IMG/VR virus record: IMGVR_UViG_3300033072_000683
Coordinates: 18,751-82,750 of that record
Direction: 5' to 3' (one strand)
Length of the DNA: 64,000 nt
From: a virus
Taxonomy: Duplodnaviria > Caudoviricetes
Shown: in pieces, positions 19,181 to 28,690 of the stretch
Layout of the letters: every line of letters begins with the position of its first letter
Position numbering within the stretch: the first letter of the stretch is position 1
Made by a program: the position numbers and the translations under genes
Notes under the pieces: generated by a model
Told to the model about the DNA's origin: nothing
What the model saw: only the letters and a program-made list of their open reading frames with translations
Database searches by the model: none

Positions 19181-20559
19181 ATTTAAGCGAAATTTCAAAG
19201 GGCATCACACACATAGAGGAACTTGACACTTCCGATTTCTTGCGTGTTCTGACTAATTTGGTTGAATACGAGGTTACTGAGAAGGTCGATGGTTCCCAGA
19301 TCTTGTTTGGAATCGACGATAAAGGATTCTATACTTCGCGAGAAACAAAGGGCGGTGATAGAGTTTATGCTGTCGAAGATTACAATATTCACTTTTCCAC
19401 AACCTATAGGCGTGCAGCTCATAAGTTATTGGAAAGTGTGTTGCCACAGCTGAAGGAAGCTGGTCTGAAGCCAGGTGACCAAGTTGAGGCCGAGGTACTC
19501 TACGGCGAACTTCCGAACGTAGTGCCCTACTCGGCGGATAGTAACTATCTAATCTTCTTGCGTACCACTGAGGGTAGTGTAAATATTGATCGTTTGAAGC
19601 AAAAGCTTGATGGTCATTCGCTTTCTGTCACTCTTAAGGCTCCGATAACAGAGGATGGCAAATCAGTTGTTCTGGTGGAAAAAGCTGACCACTGGACATT
19701 CTCTCGTGTACCTCAAATTTCAGTAGAATATGCCAGAGTGCAACGCCTGGTTGAAAAGAAGCTAAAGGTGATGAGGGCATATCTCCTTGAAGTTACCTAT
19801 GCCGGTATTCCCAATATGACAATTGAGAAGACGCCGCTGAATAGAATTCCAGCATGGTGTCCTCAATCTGATTGGAAAACTGTTAAAGAAGAACTAAAGG
19901 TCCACAAGGAGCGAGTCAAGTTCGAGTTGGACGAGATGAAGATGGAGATTAAAGAACTTCTCCTCGACCATTTTGTTCGAAAGTACAGTAGCATGTTTGG
20001 CCCCATTGAGGGTGGTTGGATCGAAGGCGTAGTTTTGAAGCATAGAGAAAACGGCTCTATGGTAAAAATTGTCGATAAAAAGACGTTTGGTGTGATACGG
20101 GAGTTCGCCTGGAAAATACGCAATGACCTGACTGATAGACCGCGTGGTGTGAACGACAATTACAGCTTTATGGGCGAAGTATCCGTTGGGCTTGCCACTG
20201 CCTTGGGCCATCCCGAGCTAGGTACTATTCAATGTAAAAAATACAGCAAACAGATGGTTCTTGAAGATATTTCGATTGGGAATATTAAAGAGTATATGCT
20301 ATCGTTCCTTGAGAAGAAGAAGGTTGAACTTGGGAACAAATTAGATAAATATGAAGAAGAAAAGCATAAACTCGTTCTTAAGGTCGTCGAAGGAACGTTC
20401 AAAGATACGTTCGTTTATGCGGACACGGGAATTGATAGACGGACGAGAGAAACATTCGCTTCGGTTTATGAGCAGATCCAGGTACTTATGGATAAAATTT
20501 CCACTGCTCAAAGCCAGGATGATTTAATACAGGCGATAGCAGGGCGTTACTTGACATGA
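19177..20559 (+). CDS. ATP-dependent RNA-ligase-like nucleotidyltransferase
   Basis: Motif I TEKVDGS, III VEAEVL, IV EGVVLK, V KIVDK. Confidence 0.75.
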   Translation: MNLSEISKGITHIEELDTSDFLRVLTNLVEYEVTEKVDGSQILFGIDDKGFYTSRETKGGDRVYAVEDYNIHFSTTYRRAAHKLLESVLPQLKEAGLKPGDQVEAEVLYGELPNVVPYSADSNYLIFLRTTEGSVNIDRLKQKLDGHSLSVTLKAPITEDGKSVVLVEKADHWTFSRVPQISVEYARVQRLVEKKLKVMRAYLLEVTYAGIPNMTIEKTPLNRIPAWCPQSDWKTVKEELKVHKERVKFELDEMKMEIKELLLDHFVRKYSSMFGPIEGGWIEGVVLKHRENGSMVKIVDKKTFGVIREFAWKIRNDLTDRPRGVNDNYSFMGEVSVGLATALGHPELGTIQCKKYSKQMVLEDISIGNIKEYMLSFLEKKKVELGNKLDKYEEEKHKLVLKVVEGTFKDTFVYADTGIDRRTRETFASVYEQIQVLMDKISTAQSQDDLIQAIAGRYLT

Positions 20560-20783
20560 GACTAGATGAGATTGTATCATTAAACACTGTTCTGAAATCA
20601 GACCAGTACATTAAGCTCTTACGAAGATTGAGAGCCAAAGCAATTGACGACCTAAATGTCCAACGTATCAAGAACAAAATCATTCAGTCTTGGAAAAAGG
20701 GCATGAAGAAGCGCAAACATTTTGACAGCCTTCTTGCCGAAATTGATACAAATGTGGATGCATTACTTCAAGAAGAAGATTAA
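20556..20783 (+). CDS. small basic hypothetical protein
   Basis: 75-aa ORF, MRLDEI start. Confidence 0.6.
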   Translation: MRLDEIVSLNTVLKSDQYIKLLRRLRAKAIDDLNVQRIKNKIIQSWKKGMKKRKHFDSLLAEIDTNVDALLQEED

Positions 20784-21661
20784 TGGATTTGAAATACAAG
20801 ACGCTTCCGGAAAGTGAAGCAGGAACCGCGGTGCAAGGCTGCGGAACTATACATATTTCTGAAATTCAACCCACTCTTACTAAATTATCTAATGATCTTG
20901 AGTTTCCGTTCGATCTGAACGATTATACTCTCGGTTCCACGGGTAAAAAAGAATACTCGGGTGACATTGATTTAGTCTTGGATGATAAATGGTGGGGGCA
21001 TGGCTCAAAGGCGCTGAAGGAAAATCTTGATGCACTTTTTGGAAAAGAAAATGTCAAAGTCTACGGGGCAATGGTTCATCTAAAATATCCTATTGTTGGT
21101 TATGATCCAACCAAAGATGAGAGAAAACCAAGAACCGGGTTTGTACAAATTGATTTCAATTTTGGAAATGCTGAGTGGGAAAAGTTCTATCACTTTAGCC
21201 CGGGTAGTGAGTCTGCCTATAAGGGCGCACATCGAAATCTTGCACTTGCAGCAATTACCTTTGCTGTAAATAAACTCGAGTCAAAAGAGAAAGACTCTTA
21301 CGATAGACCCGAATGGGAAGTTAGGTACAAGTGGAGTCCGAAAGGATTTGCAAGGGTACACAGAATATCTATGAAGGATATGAGATCTGGTGTCTGGATG
21401 AAAAAACGTTGCGATACCGTAATCGAAGGTCCTCATTTCGATCCTGCAGTAATTGCTAGGATTATATTCCCCGTGGATGGCACTGAAAAAGATCTTGAAA
21501 GTTTGGAAAATATCATGGCTGCGGTAAAGCGTAACTATGATAAAGACCAACAAGAAGCTATTTGGAAGCGTATGGCCTCCAATTTTAGCGACTGGAGAGA
21601 CGGAAAAGACTTCGAATATCCATCAGAAATAGATCAGTATTTCGTGGTAAATGATAAATAA
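20783..21661 (+). CDS. Pol-beta superfamily nucleotidyltransferase
   Basis: LGSTGKKEYSGDIDL (GS…DxD) plus third Asp in VQIDF. Confidence 0.75.
   Translation: MDLKYKTLPESEAGTAVQGCGTIHISEIQPTLTKLSNDLEFPFDLNDYTLGSTGKKEYSGDIDLVLDDKWWGHGSKALKENLDALFGKENVKVYGAMVHLKYPIVGYDPTKDERKPRTGFVQIDFNFGNAEWEKFYHFSPGSESAYKGAHRNLALAAITFAVNKLESKEKDSYDRPEWEVRYKWSPKGFARVHRISMKDMRSGVWMKKRCDTVIEGPHFDPAVIARIIFPVDGTEKDLESLENIMAAVKRNYDKDQQEAIWKRMASNFSDWRDGKDFEYPSEIDQYFVVNDK
21653..21660 (+). promoter_or_regulatory. late promoter GATAAATA
   Basis: Motif upstream of 21709. Confidence 0.7.
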
Positions 21662-21708
21662 GTTTATGAATAGGATTAACCTATCACAAATTTAAGGAGT
21701 GATTTATC

Positions 21709-22290
21709 ATGACACAAAAGATCAATGGTGCAGCCTACCCAGGTGTATGGGTTGAAAGAAAGGTTGCTTTCGTTAAGCTTGTTTTCAACAAGGACATCAA
21801 GGCACTTGCAGCAGCAGATTTGCACGTTCTTGGCACAGCTACTCCAGCTGGCGCAGGTACAGTTGCAGATTCCAGCTTCGCAGTTGTTGAGTCGGCTCTT
21901 GTTCAAGCTCTTAAGACACTAGAAACCAAGGCTACAGTTCTTGCAGTTTCCGAATATGACGCAACAGGCTTCGCAGTTGACGTTATGCTAGGCAACGCAG
22001 AAGGTTGGTTCTCGGATGCAGCTGGCGTTATCGCTACAGCTCTTCCAGTTATCGCAGCTCAAGCTAAGGTTACTACAGCTGGTGCAGCCCCAACAAACGT
22101 AGTTGGCGCAACAGTTGGTGTTAACGATGGTGCAGTTACATTTGACATGGCATTCGTATGGATGGATGGCACAATGGCAGCAGCAACATTCGCTAACGGC
22201 GCATTGGCACTTGGCCCAGGTGCAACATCTGGTGCATTCCCAATGAACAGCCCAACTGGTACACCGGGTTACTACCCACGTCCAGTCTAA
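21709..22290 (+). CDS. probable virion structural protein, paralogue 1 of 4
   Basis: Ala/Gly/Thr/Val-rich, strong SD, late promoter and terminator. Confidence 0.65.
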   Translation: MTQKINGAAYPGVWVERKVAFVKLVFNKDIKALAAADLHVLGTATPAGAGTVADSSFAVVESALVQALKTLETKATVLAVSEYDATGFAVDVMLGNAEGWFSDAAGVIATALPVIAAQAKVTTAGAAPTNVVGATVGVNDGAVTFDMAFVWMDGTMAAATFANGALALGPGATSGAFPMNSPTGTPGYYPRPV

Positions 22291-22311
22291 TCCACGGATT
22301 AGCGGAACAAG

Positions 22312-22333
22312 AAGCGGCTTCGGCCGCTTTTTT
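22312..22333 (+). terminator. intrinsic terminator
   Basis: AAGCGGC-TTCG-GCCGCTT followed by T run. Confidence 0.9.
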
Positions 22334-22356
22334 GTTGACTGAAAATCTTGTCTCTT

Positions 22357-22364
22357 GATAAATA
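22357..22364 (+). promoter_or_regulatory. late promoter GATAAATA
   Basis: Motif upstream of 22390. Confidence 0.7.
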
Positions 22365-22389
22365 TAGATAACTTGTAGGAGAATACAAA

Positions 22390-22962
22390 ATGGTTTTCAG
22401 AGTTAACGGTGGCATCATCAATGACCAAACATTGACTGGTGGCATGAGATTTTTCAAGATTACAGGCCCGTTTGCATGGACCGTTTCAAATGGTTCGGTC
22501 AACTTGCCAGTAGTTTTCAATGGTGGTGATCCTTTGATCACAAGTTATTTCGTAGTAGGTAACAATAGACCTGTTCCAAACAGTGCAGCTGAAATTGTTC
22601 TAAAAGAAATTAGCAAGAAGGCAGATATTGTCCTTGTAGGATTAATGCCTAATACATACGGTGCAACAACAGAACTTCATATTGGTGTTTCTGCTTCAGC
22701 GTTTGGTTGGGGCTCTGACGTTCCTGCATATGATGTTCCTCCAGCTAATGCGGACGAAGAACAATTGCCAACCTCCCCAACGGCAGCGGCAACACAAATG
22801 CAAGCAGCAATTCAAGCATTGCCAAATGCAACAGTTTATGTTTCTGTAGGTGCCCCAAACCCATTGACAGCACCTGTTACCGCAGTTGCAGCATTTGGTG
22901 CATGCACAGTAACAGAAGTTTCTTTCTCGCTAGGAACTGCTACATATTACAATTTGGCATAA
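22390..22962 (+). CDS. probable virion structural protein, paralogue 2 of 4
   Basis: Shares the N-terminal pattern and PVPNSAAEI with the next gene. Confidence 0.65.
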   Translation: MVFRVNGGIINDQTLTGGMRFFKITGPFAWTVSNGSVNLPVVFNGGDPLITSYFVVGNNRPVPNSAAEIVLKEISKKADIVLVGLMPNTYGATTELHIGVSASAFGWGSDVPAYDVPPANADEEQLPTSPTAAATQMQAAIQALPNATVYVSVGAPNPLTAPVTAVAAFGACTVTEVSFSLGTATYYNLA

Positions 22963-22980
22963 TTGTTTTCTAACCAAGAG

Positions 22981-23004
22981 AAGCGCCCTTGAGGCGCTTT
23001 TCTT
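22981..23004 (+). terminator. intrinsic terminator
   Basis: AAGCGCC-CTTGA-GGCGCTT-TTCTT. Confidence 0.8.
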
Positions 23005-23028
23005 ATGATCTCTTGTTCAGAAAATATT

Positions 23029-23036
23029 GATAAATA
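23029..23036 (+). promoter_or_regulatory. late promoter GATAAATA
   Basis: Motif upstream of 23060. Confidence 0.7.
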
Positions 23037-23059
23037 CAAGAAAACATAGGAAATGAACT

Positions 23060-23983
23060 ATGCCAGTAAGAACAACGGGCGGTGTATTTGATGAGCAGGT
23101 GTTGACCGGATCTCTGGCACATTATGTAGTGTGTGGAGCCGATTTCAGCGGTGCCATTAATAGCTATGGCCAACCAGTACCAAATTCGGCAGCAGAAATT
23201 ATTTTTACAAAAATTTCTGAAGGTGCCTACATCAATATCATGAATCCAAATGATTGTAACCTGTCTTTTGCATTAGAAGCAGGACGATCGATCTGGGATG
23301 AAATTTCTCTAACTGCAATGATTCATAGCCTTGGAACAGATGTGGGCGTGGATCATATCAACTGTACTCTTCTAACAGTTAAGAGAGTTCCGTATGTTTG
23401 GGGATGCGGAACCGGTGGGGTTGATACTTTCCTTGAACTTCTTGACACACCGGATTCATATGCTGGCGCAGCAGGATTTACAGTTGCGGTAAATGCAACC
23501 GAAGATGGTCTTATTTTTGTTCCAGCGTCTGCAGGTGCTAATGCATTTTCGTTTGTTGCATCTCCTTCGCAGCCAACAATTTCGGCAGTAGGTAGCGATA
23601 CACTTACAATTATCCCCGGACCGAATATCTATGTTACTACCAACGCTCTTGCAAAGAGTGTAACAATCAGTTCCGGTGCCGGTGTTGATTATATTCCTGT
23701 GCCCCCTGGCACAAACTTGCTTATCGGAACAAAATATTTCGTCACCGGGTCTGGCACGGTTTATCTTCCTCCTTTAACCGGATCGGGATATACAGCAGGT
23801 AGATCTGTAGCGGTAACCAAGGCAATCGGCTCTACGGTGTTCATTGATGTCGGTCATGTGTCTGACTCTATTTCGACCGACCTCGGCAGTACAAATTCAA
23901 TTGAATTTGATGCAACACAGGAATGTATTTTTGTAAACAACGGCGCCGGTGCATGGGAGCTTCAAGTTGGTTCGGCTAATTGA
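23060..23983 (+). CDS. probable virion structural protein, paralogue 3 of 4, with C-terminal fibre-like extension
   Basis: PVPNSAAEI; C-terminal LLDTPDSYAG…VAVNATEDGL segment typical of fibre proteins. Confidence 0.6.
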   Translation: MPVRTTGGVFDEQVLTGSLAHYVVCGADFSGAINSYGQPVPNSAAEIIFTKISEGAYINIMNPNDCNLSFALEAGRSIWDEISLTAMIHSLGTDVGVDHINCTLLTVKRVPYVWGCGTGGVDTFLELLDTPDSYAGAAGFTVAVNATEDGLIFVPASAGANAFSFVASPSQPTISAVGSDTLTIIPGPNIYVTTNALAKSVTISSGAGVDYIPVPPGTNLLIGTKYFVTGSGTVYLPPLTGSGYTAGRSVAVTKAIGSTVFIDVGHVSDSISTDLGSTNSIEFDATQECIFVNNGAGAWELQVGSAN

Positions 23984-23992
23984 TAAAACCCA

Positions 23993-24000
23993 GGTAAATA
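23993..24000 (+). promoter_or_regulatory. late promoter variant GGTAAATA
   Basis: Motif upstream of 24021. Confidence 0.55.
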
Positions 24001-24020
24001 GAACAAGATAAGGATTACAG

Positions 24021-24521
24021 ATGCCAAAACAAATTCATGGTGCCGCATCGGCAATGCAAAATTTGACAGCAGATTTGCAGTATTACGTCTGCTATGCATC
24101 TTCACCTGGTTGCTTTACTGACCCAAATCCAAATCCGCCACCTAGCCAAGAAATTGCACGTTTAGTGAATATTCAAGTTACAGGTAACCCACTAGATCAA
24201 AGTCAAAAAAACTTTGAGGTATTCTTAATGAGTATCGGCCTTAGAGCCATGCCTGTGGTACTTGCCGACCCTGTTGCAGTTCTTGAATTAGCCGACTATA
24301 CAGTTGAATTAGCAGGCGAAGGCTTTATCTGGAAATTTGCAGTAGAAAGAGGCGTACAATTTTTCAACTTTACACCTTACGGAACACCCGGTCCCGTAGG
24401 ACTTCTTGTCGACGATCTCGATGGTGTTGTTATCCCAAGTGGTGTAAGAATTACTACAGTTTCTGGAAGCCCGAGCGGTTGGGCCAAGAATGTAGCCTTT
24501 ACCAGGATGGATTCCATATGA
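24021..24521 (+). CDS. probable virion structural protein, paralogue 4 of 4
   Basis: MPKQIHGA…QNLTADLQYY N-terminus parallels the preceding genes. Confidence 0.6.
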   Translation: MPKQIHGAASAMQNLTADLQYYVCYASSPGCFTDPNPNPPPSQEIARLVNIQVTGNPLDQSQKNFEVFLMSIGLRAMPVVLADPVAVLELADYTVELAGEGFIWKFAVERGVQFFNFTPYGTPGPVGLLVDDLDGVVIPSGVRITTVSGSPSGWAKNVAFTRMDSI

Positions 24522-25282
24522 TTAAAAATGACCACATAATTCAAAGTATTGCCTACGGAGATGCAGTTAGGAAACTGGCTGAATTGAGAGGTATTGGTCT
24601 AACTGAAGCAAGACAAGAGATTAGCAGAATGGGCTTTAAGGAGTACCACACATTTGTGAACGAAGCAGGTGCAAATATTACACCCCCTTCGGGCAATCCG
24701 CTAGGGCCAACAACCCCTCAGGGACAAGCACAGAAGGCCCCTGCAGCATCGAAAGGTCCGCAACAAATTAAGTCAATCTGGCCGGGACAAGGAGCACCTG
24801 TTGAGGTAGGAATGACTGTCGGCCTTAAGGATCCTAAGGGTCTTCCAGTTCCTGGACAGGTATCTCAGGTAGATATGTCAGCAAATGGAGTTAAGGTTAA
24901 GAATCCAACTACTGGCAAAGATGAATGGATGAATACCGATGAGCTTCAGCCTTTTATGGCACAACAAGAACCAGGTACACCCGAACCCGGTGAACAGCAA
25001 GATCTTCAAAGACTAAGAGAGCTTGCAGGTATTCAAGAAAATTGCAGCGGTGGTGCAACAGGCGCCGGTGCTATAGCAATTGCTCCTGCTCCACTAGGTC
25101 GTATGAAGAAGCGTGAACCAGCAGAAGAAGCACTAAAGAAAGAATACACTCCACGAGAAGCTGCAAAAACAATTATAGGTGATACAAAGCCTAATCAAGC
25201 TTCGGGCGAATTGTCGGCAACACTTGCGGCAAATGGAAGAAAGACAGCAAGCAGAATCAACAACGGCATTAAGAGACGATAA
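24518..25282 (+). CDS. hypothetical head-associated protein with SH3/KOW-like segment
   Basis: ATGA overlap start; LTEA/VNEA/IQEN sites. Confidence 0.55.
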   Translation: MIKNDHIIQSIAYGDAVRKLAELRGIGLTEARQEISRMGFKEYHTFVNEAGANITPPSGNPLGPTTPQGQAQKAPAASKGPQQIKSIWPGQGAPVEVGMTVGLKDPKGLPVPGQVSQVDMSANGVKVKNPTTGKDEWMNTDELQPFMAQQEPGTPEPGEQQDLQRLRELAGIQENCSGGATGAGAIAIAPAPLGRMKKREPAEEALKKEYTPREAAKTIIGDTKPNQASGELSATLAANGRKTASRINNGIKRR

Positions 25283-25731
25283 TGAACAAGACTCTTCTTA
25301 TTGAAAAACTAGATAGGGCTACCGATAAGGCAGTTTCGGTTGCAATAGTGCGAGGTATTCCTTTGCCTGTTGCAAAGAGATCTACGCTCATCGGTAACAT
25401 TCTTGTTGAGAAAAATAAGAAGGGATTCTATAATGTCACATCCTTTGATGGCAGAATCTTGTTTGAGGATATTTTAGTTTTCGATGTAGCGGTTATTGTT
25501 GCCCAAAGATATAATGACGGCGAAATGTCTACCATTAAGAAAGTCTTGGCATTAGAAGAAAAATATGCCAAGCACCATGCCGATATGGTAAATTATTTGC
25601 ATTGTCTGAAGTCTGCCAAAAAGCAGAATGATGCAGAAAGAATGGCAATCCTTGAGGATAAATTCCAGGTATCTGAAATCCATGCTAAAAGCATTAGGGA
25701 CAGTATCTCCATTTTCAAGAGAACAAAATAG
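25282..25731 (+). CDS. hypothetical protein
   Basis: 149-aa ORF. Confidence 0.6.
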   Translation: MNKTLLIEKLDRATDKAVSVAIVRGIPLPVAKRSTLIGNILVEKNKKGFYNVTSFDGRILFEDILVFDVAVIVAQRYNDGEMSTIKKVLALEEKYAKHHADMVNYLHCLKSAKKQNDAERMAILEDKFQVSEIHAKSIRDSISIFKRTK

Positions 25732-25741
25732 CCAGTAGATT

Positions 25742-25749
25742 GATAAATA
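25742..25749 (+). promoter_or_regulatory. late promoter GATAAATA
   Basis: Motif upstream of 25781. Confidence 0.7.
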
Positions 25750-25780
25750 CTAGAAATACAATTTAACAGGAACTGTTTAT

Positions 25781-27151
25781 ATGCTTTTAAACGATATTGG
25801 TAAATCACCTGATGCCACTTTCAGAAAGATAAATCAGCACCTTGAGTCGAATTACGGTTTTAAGATTTCCGAAGACGTTAGTGATAAAGATTTGGTCATG
25901 ATTATGGAGCAAATTGAAGAGGAAATTACCGAATTAAAGATTAAGGGTGATGATGCTAAGGCTTCTCCGGAAATTTCAAAGAGATTGCTTGTACTCGAAG
26001 GCATCAGAAATCTCCGCGAATTCGCAATGATGCAATTTCAGTCTCCAAAATTGAATGCAGTTATCAAGAATCTTACAGACTTTGTAGTCGAAACATTCGA
26101 GATCACAGGCATGCAGCAAGGAGATTTTGAAGCAGCGGTACAGCGAGCAATGGATGAATATCGTTCAAGCAGATATCGCTTCCCCGATGATGTAATTGAA
26201 AATCGTGTTCGCCAAGAAGCAATGCAAAGAATTCAAGCAGCAAATAACATTCCTACCACAGAACCAGCAATGACTTTCCCTATGATGGAAGATGATCTAG
26301 CAGCTGAAGAAGATGATGAAGCATCTGTAGGAGAAATTGAGGAAGGTGCTTGGGATGATATCGGAAGAGCAAAGCGCCCATCGGCAAGAGGTGGTCACCC
26401 AGGCGAAGTTCCGAACACCCCTCAGGCACAACATGCTTTGAAGGCTCTAAATAATCCATCTTTGTCATTGGCTCCCCAGAAAGATGACGAACAAATCCCT
26501 ATGGTTCGTGATAAGCACGGTCGTATGGTACCAGACCCATTTGCAGCACAAGCGGCTGCCCGTAGAAAAGGAATAGTAATGAAAGAAAATCTAGTAAAGC
26601 GTCTAAGAACTCTTCTTGAGACAGAAGTCAGCCAAGCCGAAGTTATGATGGCAGCTAAGGGTTTTGCTCAAGAATTACAAGAAATGATTGAAAAGATTGG
26701 TCGTTTGTCCAACGAAGATCTACCACCTGTAACTGACCAAATGCGTGAAACATATGGATCGGATTCATCGATGGCATTCCAGACACAAATTTCTGGTGCC
26801 CTACAAAGTGTTATGGATTCTCTGTATGCAGCTAAGGCTCAAGTTGATGATGCAGTTTCTAATATGGCTGCTACAGGTCAGGTTGGTGCAGCGGTTGACA
26901 TGGACAAGGATCTAGCTATGGGCGGTGACCCAATGGCCGAGCCTGAAATGGCGATGGACCCAGATCTTGACAATATCGAAGCAGATCTTGATGCAGAAGC
27001 AGGCGACGAATTCGGCGCTGTTGACGGCGAAGAGCCACTAGGCCGTGCTAAGAAGATGGAATCGGTTGAAACCATGAAGCGCAAGATTAGCGAAATGCAA
27101 CGTCTTGTTGACAAGGCTCGTAAGCTAAGAGAAGCATCTGCTAGAAGATAA
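25781..27151 (+). CDS. acidic helical protein, possible prohead core/scaffold
   Basis: 456 aa, D/E/M-rich, coiled-coil-like, many x-x-E sites, late promoter. Confidence 0.55.
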   Translation: MLLNDIGKSPDATFRKINQHLESNYGFKISEDVSDKDLVMIMEQIEEEITELKIKGDDAKASPEISKRLLVLEGIRNLREFAMMQFQSPKLNAVIKNLTDFVVETFEITGMQQGDFEAAVQRAMDEYRSSRYRFPDDVIENRVRQEAMQRIQAANNIPTTEPAMTFPMMEDDLAAEEDDEASVGEIEEGAWDDIGRAKRPSARGGHPGEVPNTPQAQHALKALNNPSLSLAPQKDDEQIPMVRDKHGRMVPDPFAAQAAARRKGIVMKENLVKRLRTLLETEVSQAEVMMAAKGFAQELQEMIEKIGRLSNEDLPPVTDQMRETYGSDSSMAFQTQISGALQSVMDSLYAAKAQVDDAVSNMAATGQVGAAVDMDKDLAMGGDPMAEPEMAMDPDLDNIEADLDAEAGDEFGAVDGEEPLGRAKKMESVETMKRKISEMQRLVDKARKLREASARR

Positions 27152-27474
27152 TGAGAGCAAGAGAACTACTTGACGAGAATTACAACACCAATCTTGAAGC
27201 AGATCTAAGTAATTTACTCGTCGGAGCTAAGGGCGCAGGCGCTGAAGAAATTAACACACAAGATGTGGTAGTTCAGCTTCAGGGTATGGGCTATTCTGTC
27301 GATGAGAATAGTATCATGACCCTGCTAAGTAGAAATCCAATGGTTCTTAATGCTACACCCTCGTCGATTAGATTTACCAGCCCCGAAGGCGTGAATCCCG
27401 GTCAAGGTGCTTCGGGTAAAGATGCAGCCGCACAGGTTTCGTCTATGGCTCAGAAAGCCACAAAAATAGGATAA
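27151..27474 (+). CDS. hypothetical protein
   Basis: 107-aa ORF, MRARELLDE start. Confidence 0.6.
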   Translation: MRARELLDENYNTNLEADLSNLLVGAKGAGAEEINTQDVVVQLQGMGYSVDENSIMTLLSRNPMVLNATPSSIRFTSPEGVNPGQGASGKDAAAQVSSMAQKATKIG

Positions 27475-27478
27475 GATA

Positions 27479-28651
27479 ATGTCAGATTGCTGCACACCCG
27501 GCACAGGTTTTCCAAATTCGAGTTTAATGCAACAATTGGCATTAAACCATCCTGTAATTTGGGAAGAAATTTGCATGATTCAGCAAGCAATTCTTGCTGC
27601 TTCAAGTCAGTGCCAGGTCGGTGGTGGCCAAATGTGTACAACAGTTGGTGGTACTACTCCGATGACATTTGTGACAGGTGTTGAGAGTGTTACCGTTGTT
27701 AATGGTGGCTCTGGTTATTTCGCAGATACTCCGTCTATCTATTTTGAGCCTCCTGTCGGTGTTACTCCATCTGTTATTGCTACAGGTACAGTTTCGACAA
27801 ACGGTGGCAATATTATCGGCATCACAATTACCAATCCGGGTGCAGGATATCAGCCAGTTCCTGCAACAATGAGTGTTACATCTATTGGTGGTTTCGGTGC
27901 AATACTCGATCCTCTAGTGAATGCTGCCGGGGAAATTGTCGGTGTAAATATCGTCAATGCCGGATCAGGCTACACGACAGCAGACACCGTGACAGCAGCC
28001 AGAGCAGTTGTGCCAAATCCTGCATATGTAAATGCTACATTCGCAATTACAAGCGTGAGCATTACCGGACAAATTTTGAACGTTGCTGTTCTAAATCCTG
28101 GATCGGGATATCAGAATAGTGTTACAGAAGCTAAGATTGTTTCCACATTAAATCCTTTAGTTCCATATCCACTTGGAACAGGATTCTATGGAACAGTATT
28201 AACTGATAATCTAGGTGGAGTTACTGGTGTAGTTGTCGATAATACTGGTTCGGGATATTCTACATATCTTCCTTACCTTGTTATCACAGATCCCGGCACA
28301 GGTGCAGAAACAACAGTAACCCTTAGCGGAACATCTGTTGCATCTATCACAGTTAACGAACCAGGAACACAATATACCACTGGCGCAACAGGCACAGTTT
28401 TCAACCCATTGACAGCAGCATTGCCTAATCCGCCAGCTACTCCAGCAGTAGTTACAATCAACACCATGCAGAATACCTTTGGTACAAATCCTAACTTGTA
28501 TTACCAGGTATGGGCAGGTACTGCAAGCAATAAACAAATCGAACTTCAATTGAATCAAGTGTTGTCTTATTTTACAGGATTAGGCTACACTATCAAGATT
28601 CAAACAAACCCGGATACAGGTTCCACTATTCAGTGGAAAATCTGCTGGTAA
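27479..28651 (+). CDS. virion structural protein with repeated (V/I)xNxG(S/A)GY motifs
   Basis: Six repeats (VVNGGSGY, ITNPGAGY, IVNAGSGY, VLNPGSGY, VDNTGSGY, VNEPGTQY). Confidence 0.7.
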   Translation: MSDCCTPGTGFPNSSLMQQLALNHPVIWEEICMIQQAILAASSQCQVGGGQMCTTVGGTTPMTFVTGVESVTVVNGGSGYFADTPSIYFEPPVGVTPSVIATGTVSTNGGNIIGITITNPGAGYQPVPATMSVTSIGGFGAILDPLVNAAGEIVGVNIVNAGSGYTTADTVTAARAVVPNPAYVNATFAITSVSITGQILNVAVLNPGSGYQNSVTEAKIVSTLNPLVPYPLGTGFYGTVLTDNLGGVTGVVVDNTGSGYSTYLPYLVITDPGTGAETTVTLSGTSVASITVNEPGTQYTTGATGTVFNPLTAALPNPPATPAVVTINTMQNTFGTNPNLYYQVWAGTASNKQIELQLNQVLSYFTGLGYTIKIQTNPDTGSTIQWKICW

Positions 28652-28655
28652 TGCA

Positions 28656-28684
28656 TTGACTCGTGATACTCTTTATGTTACAAT
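28656..28684 (+). promoter_or_regulatory. sigma70-type promoter TTGACT-N17-TACAAT
   Basis: Near consensus, upstream of the exonuclease. Confidence 0.75.
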
Positions 28685-28690
28685 TCGTCA

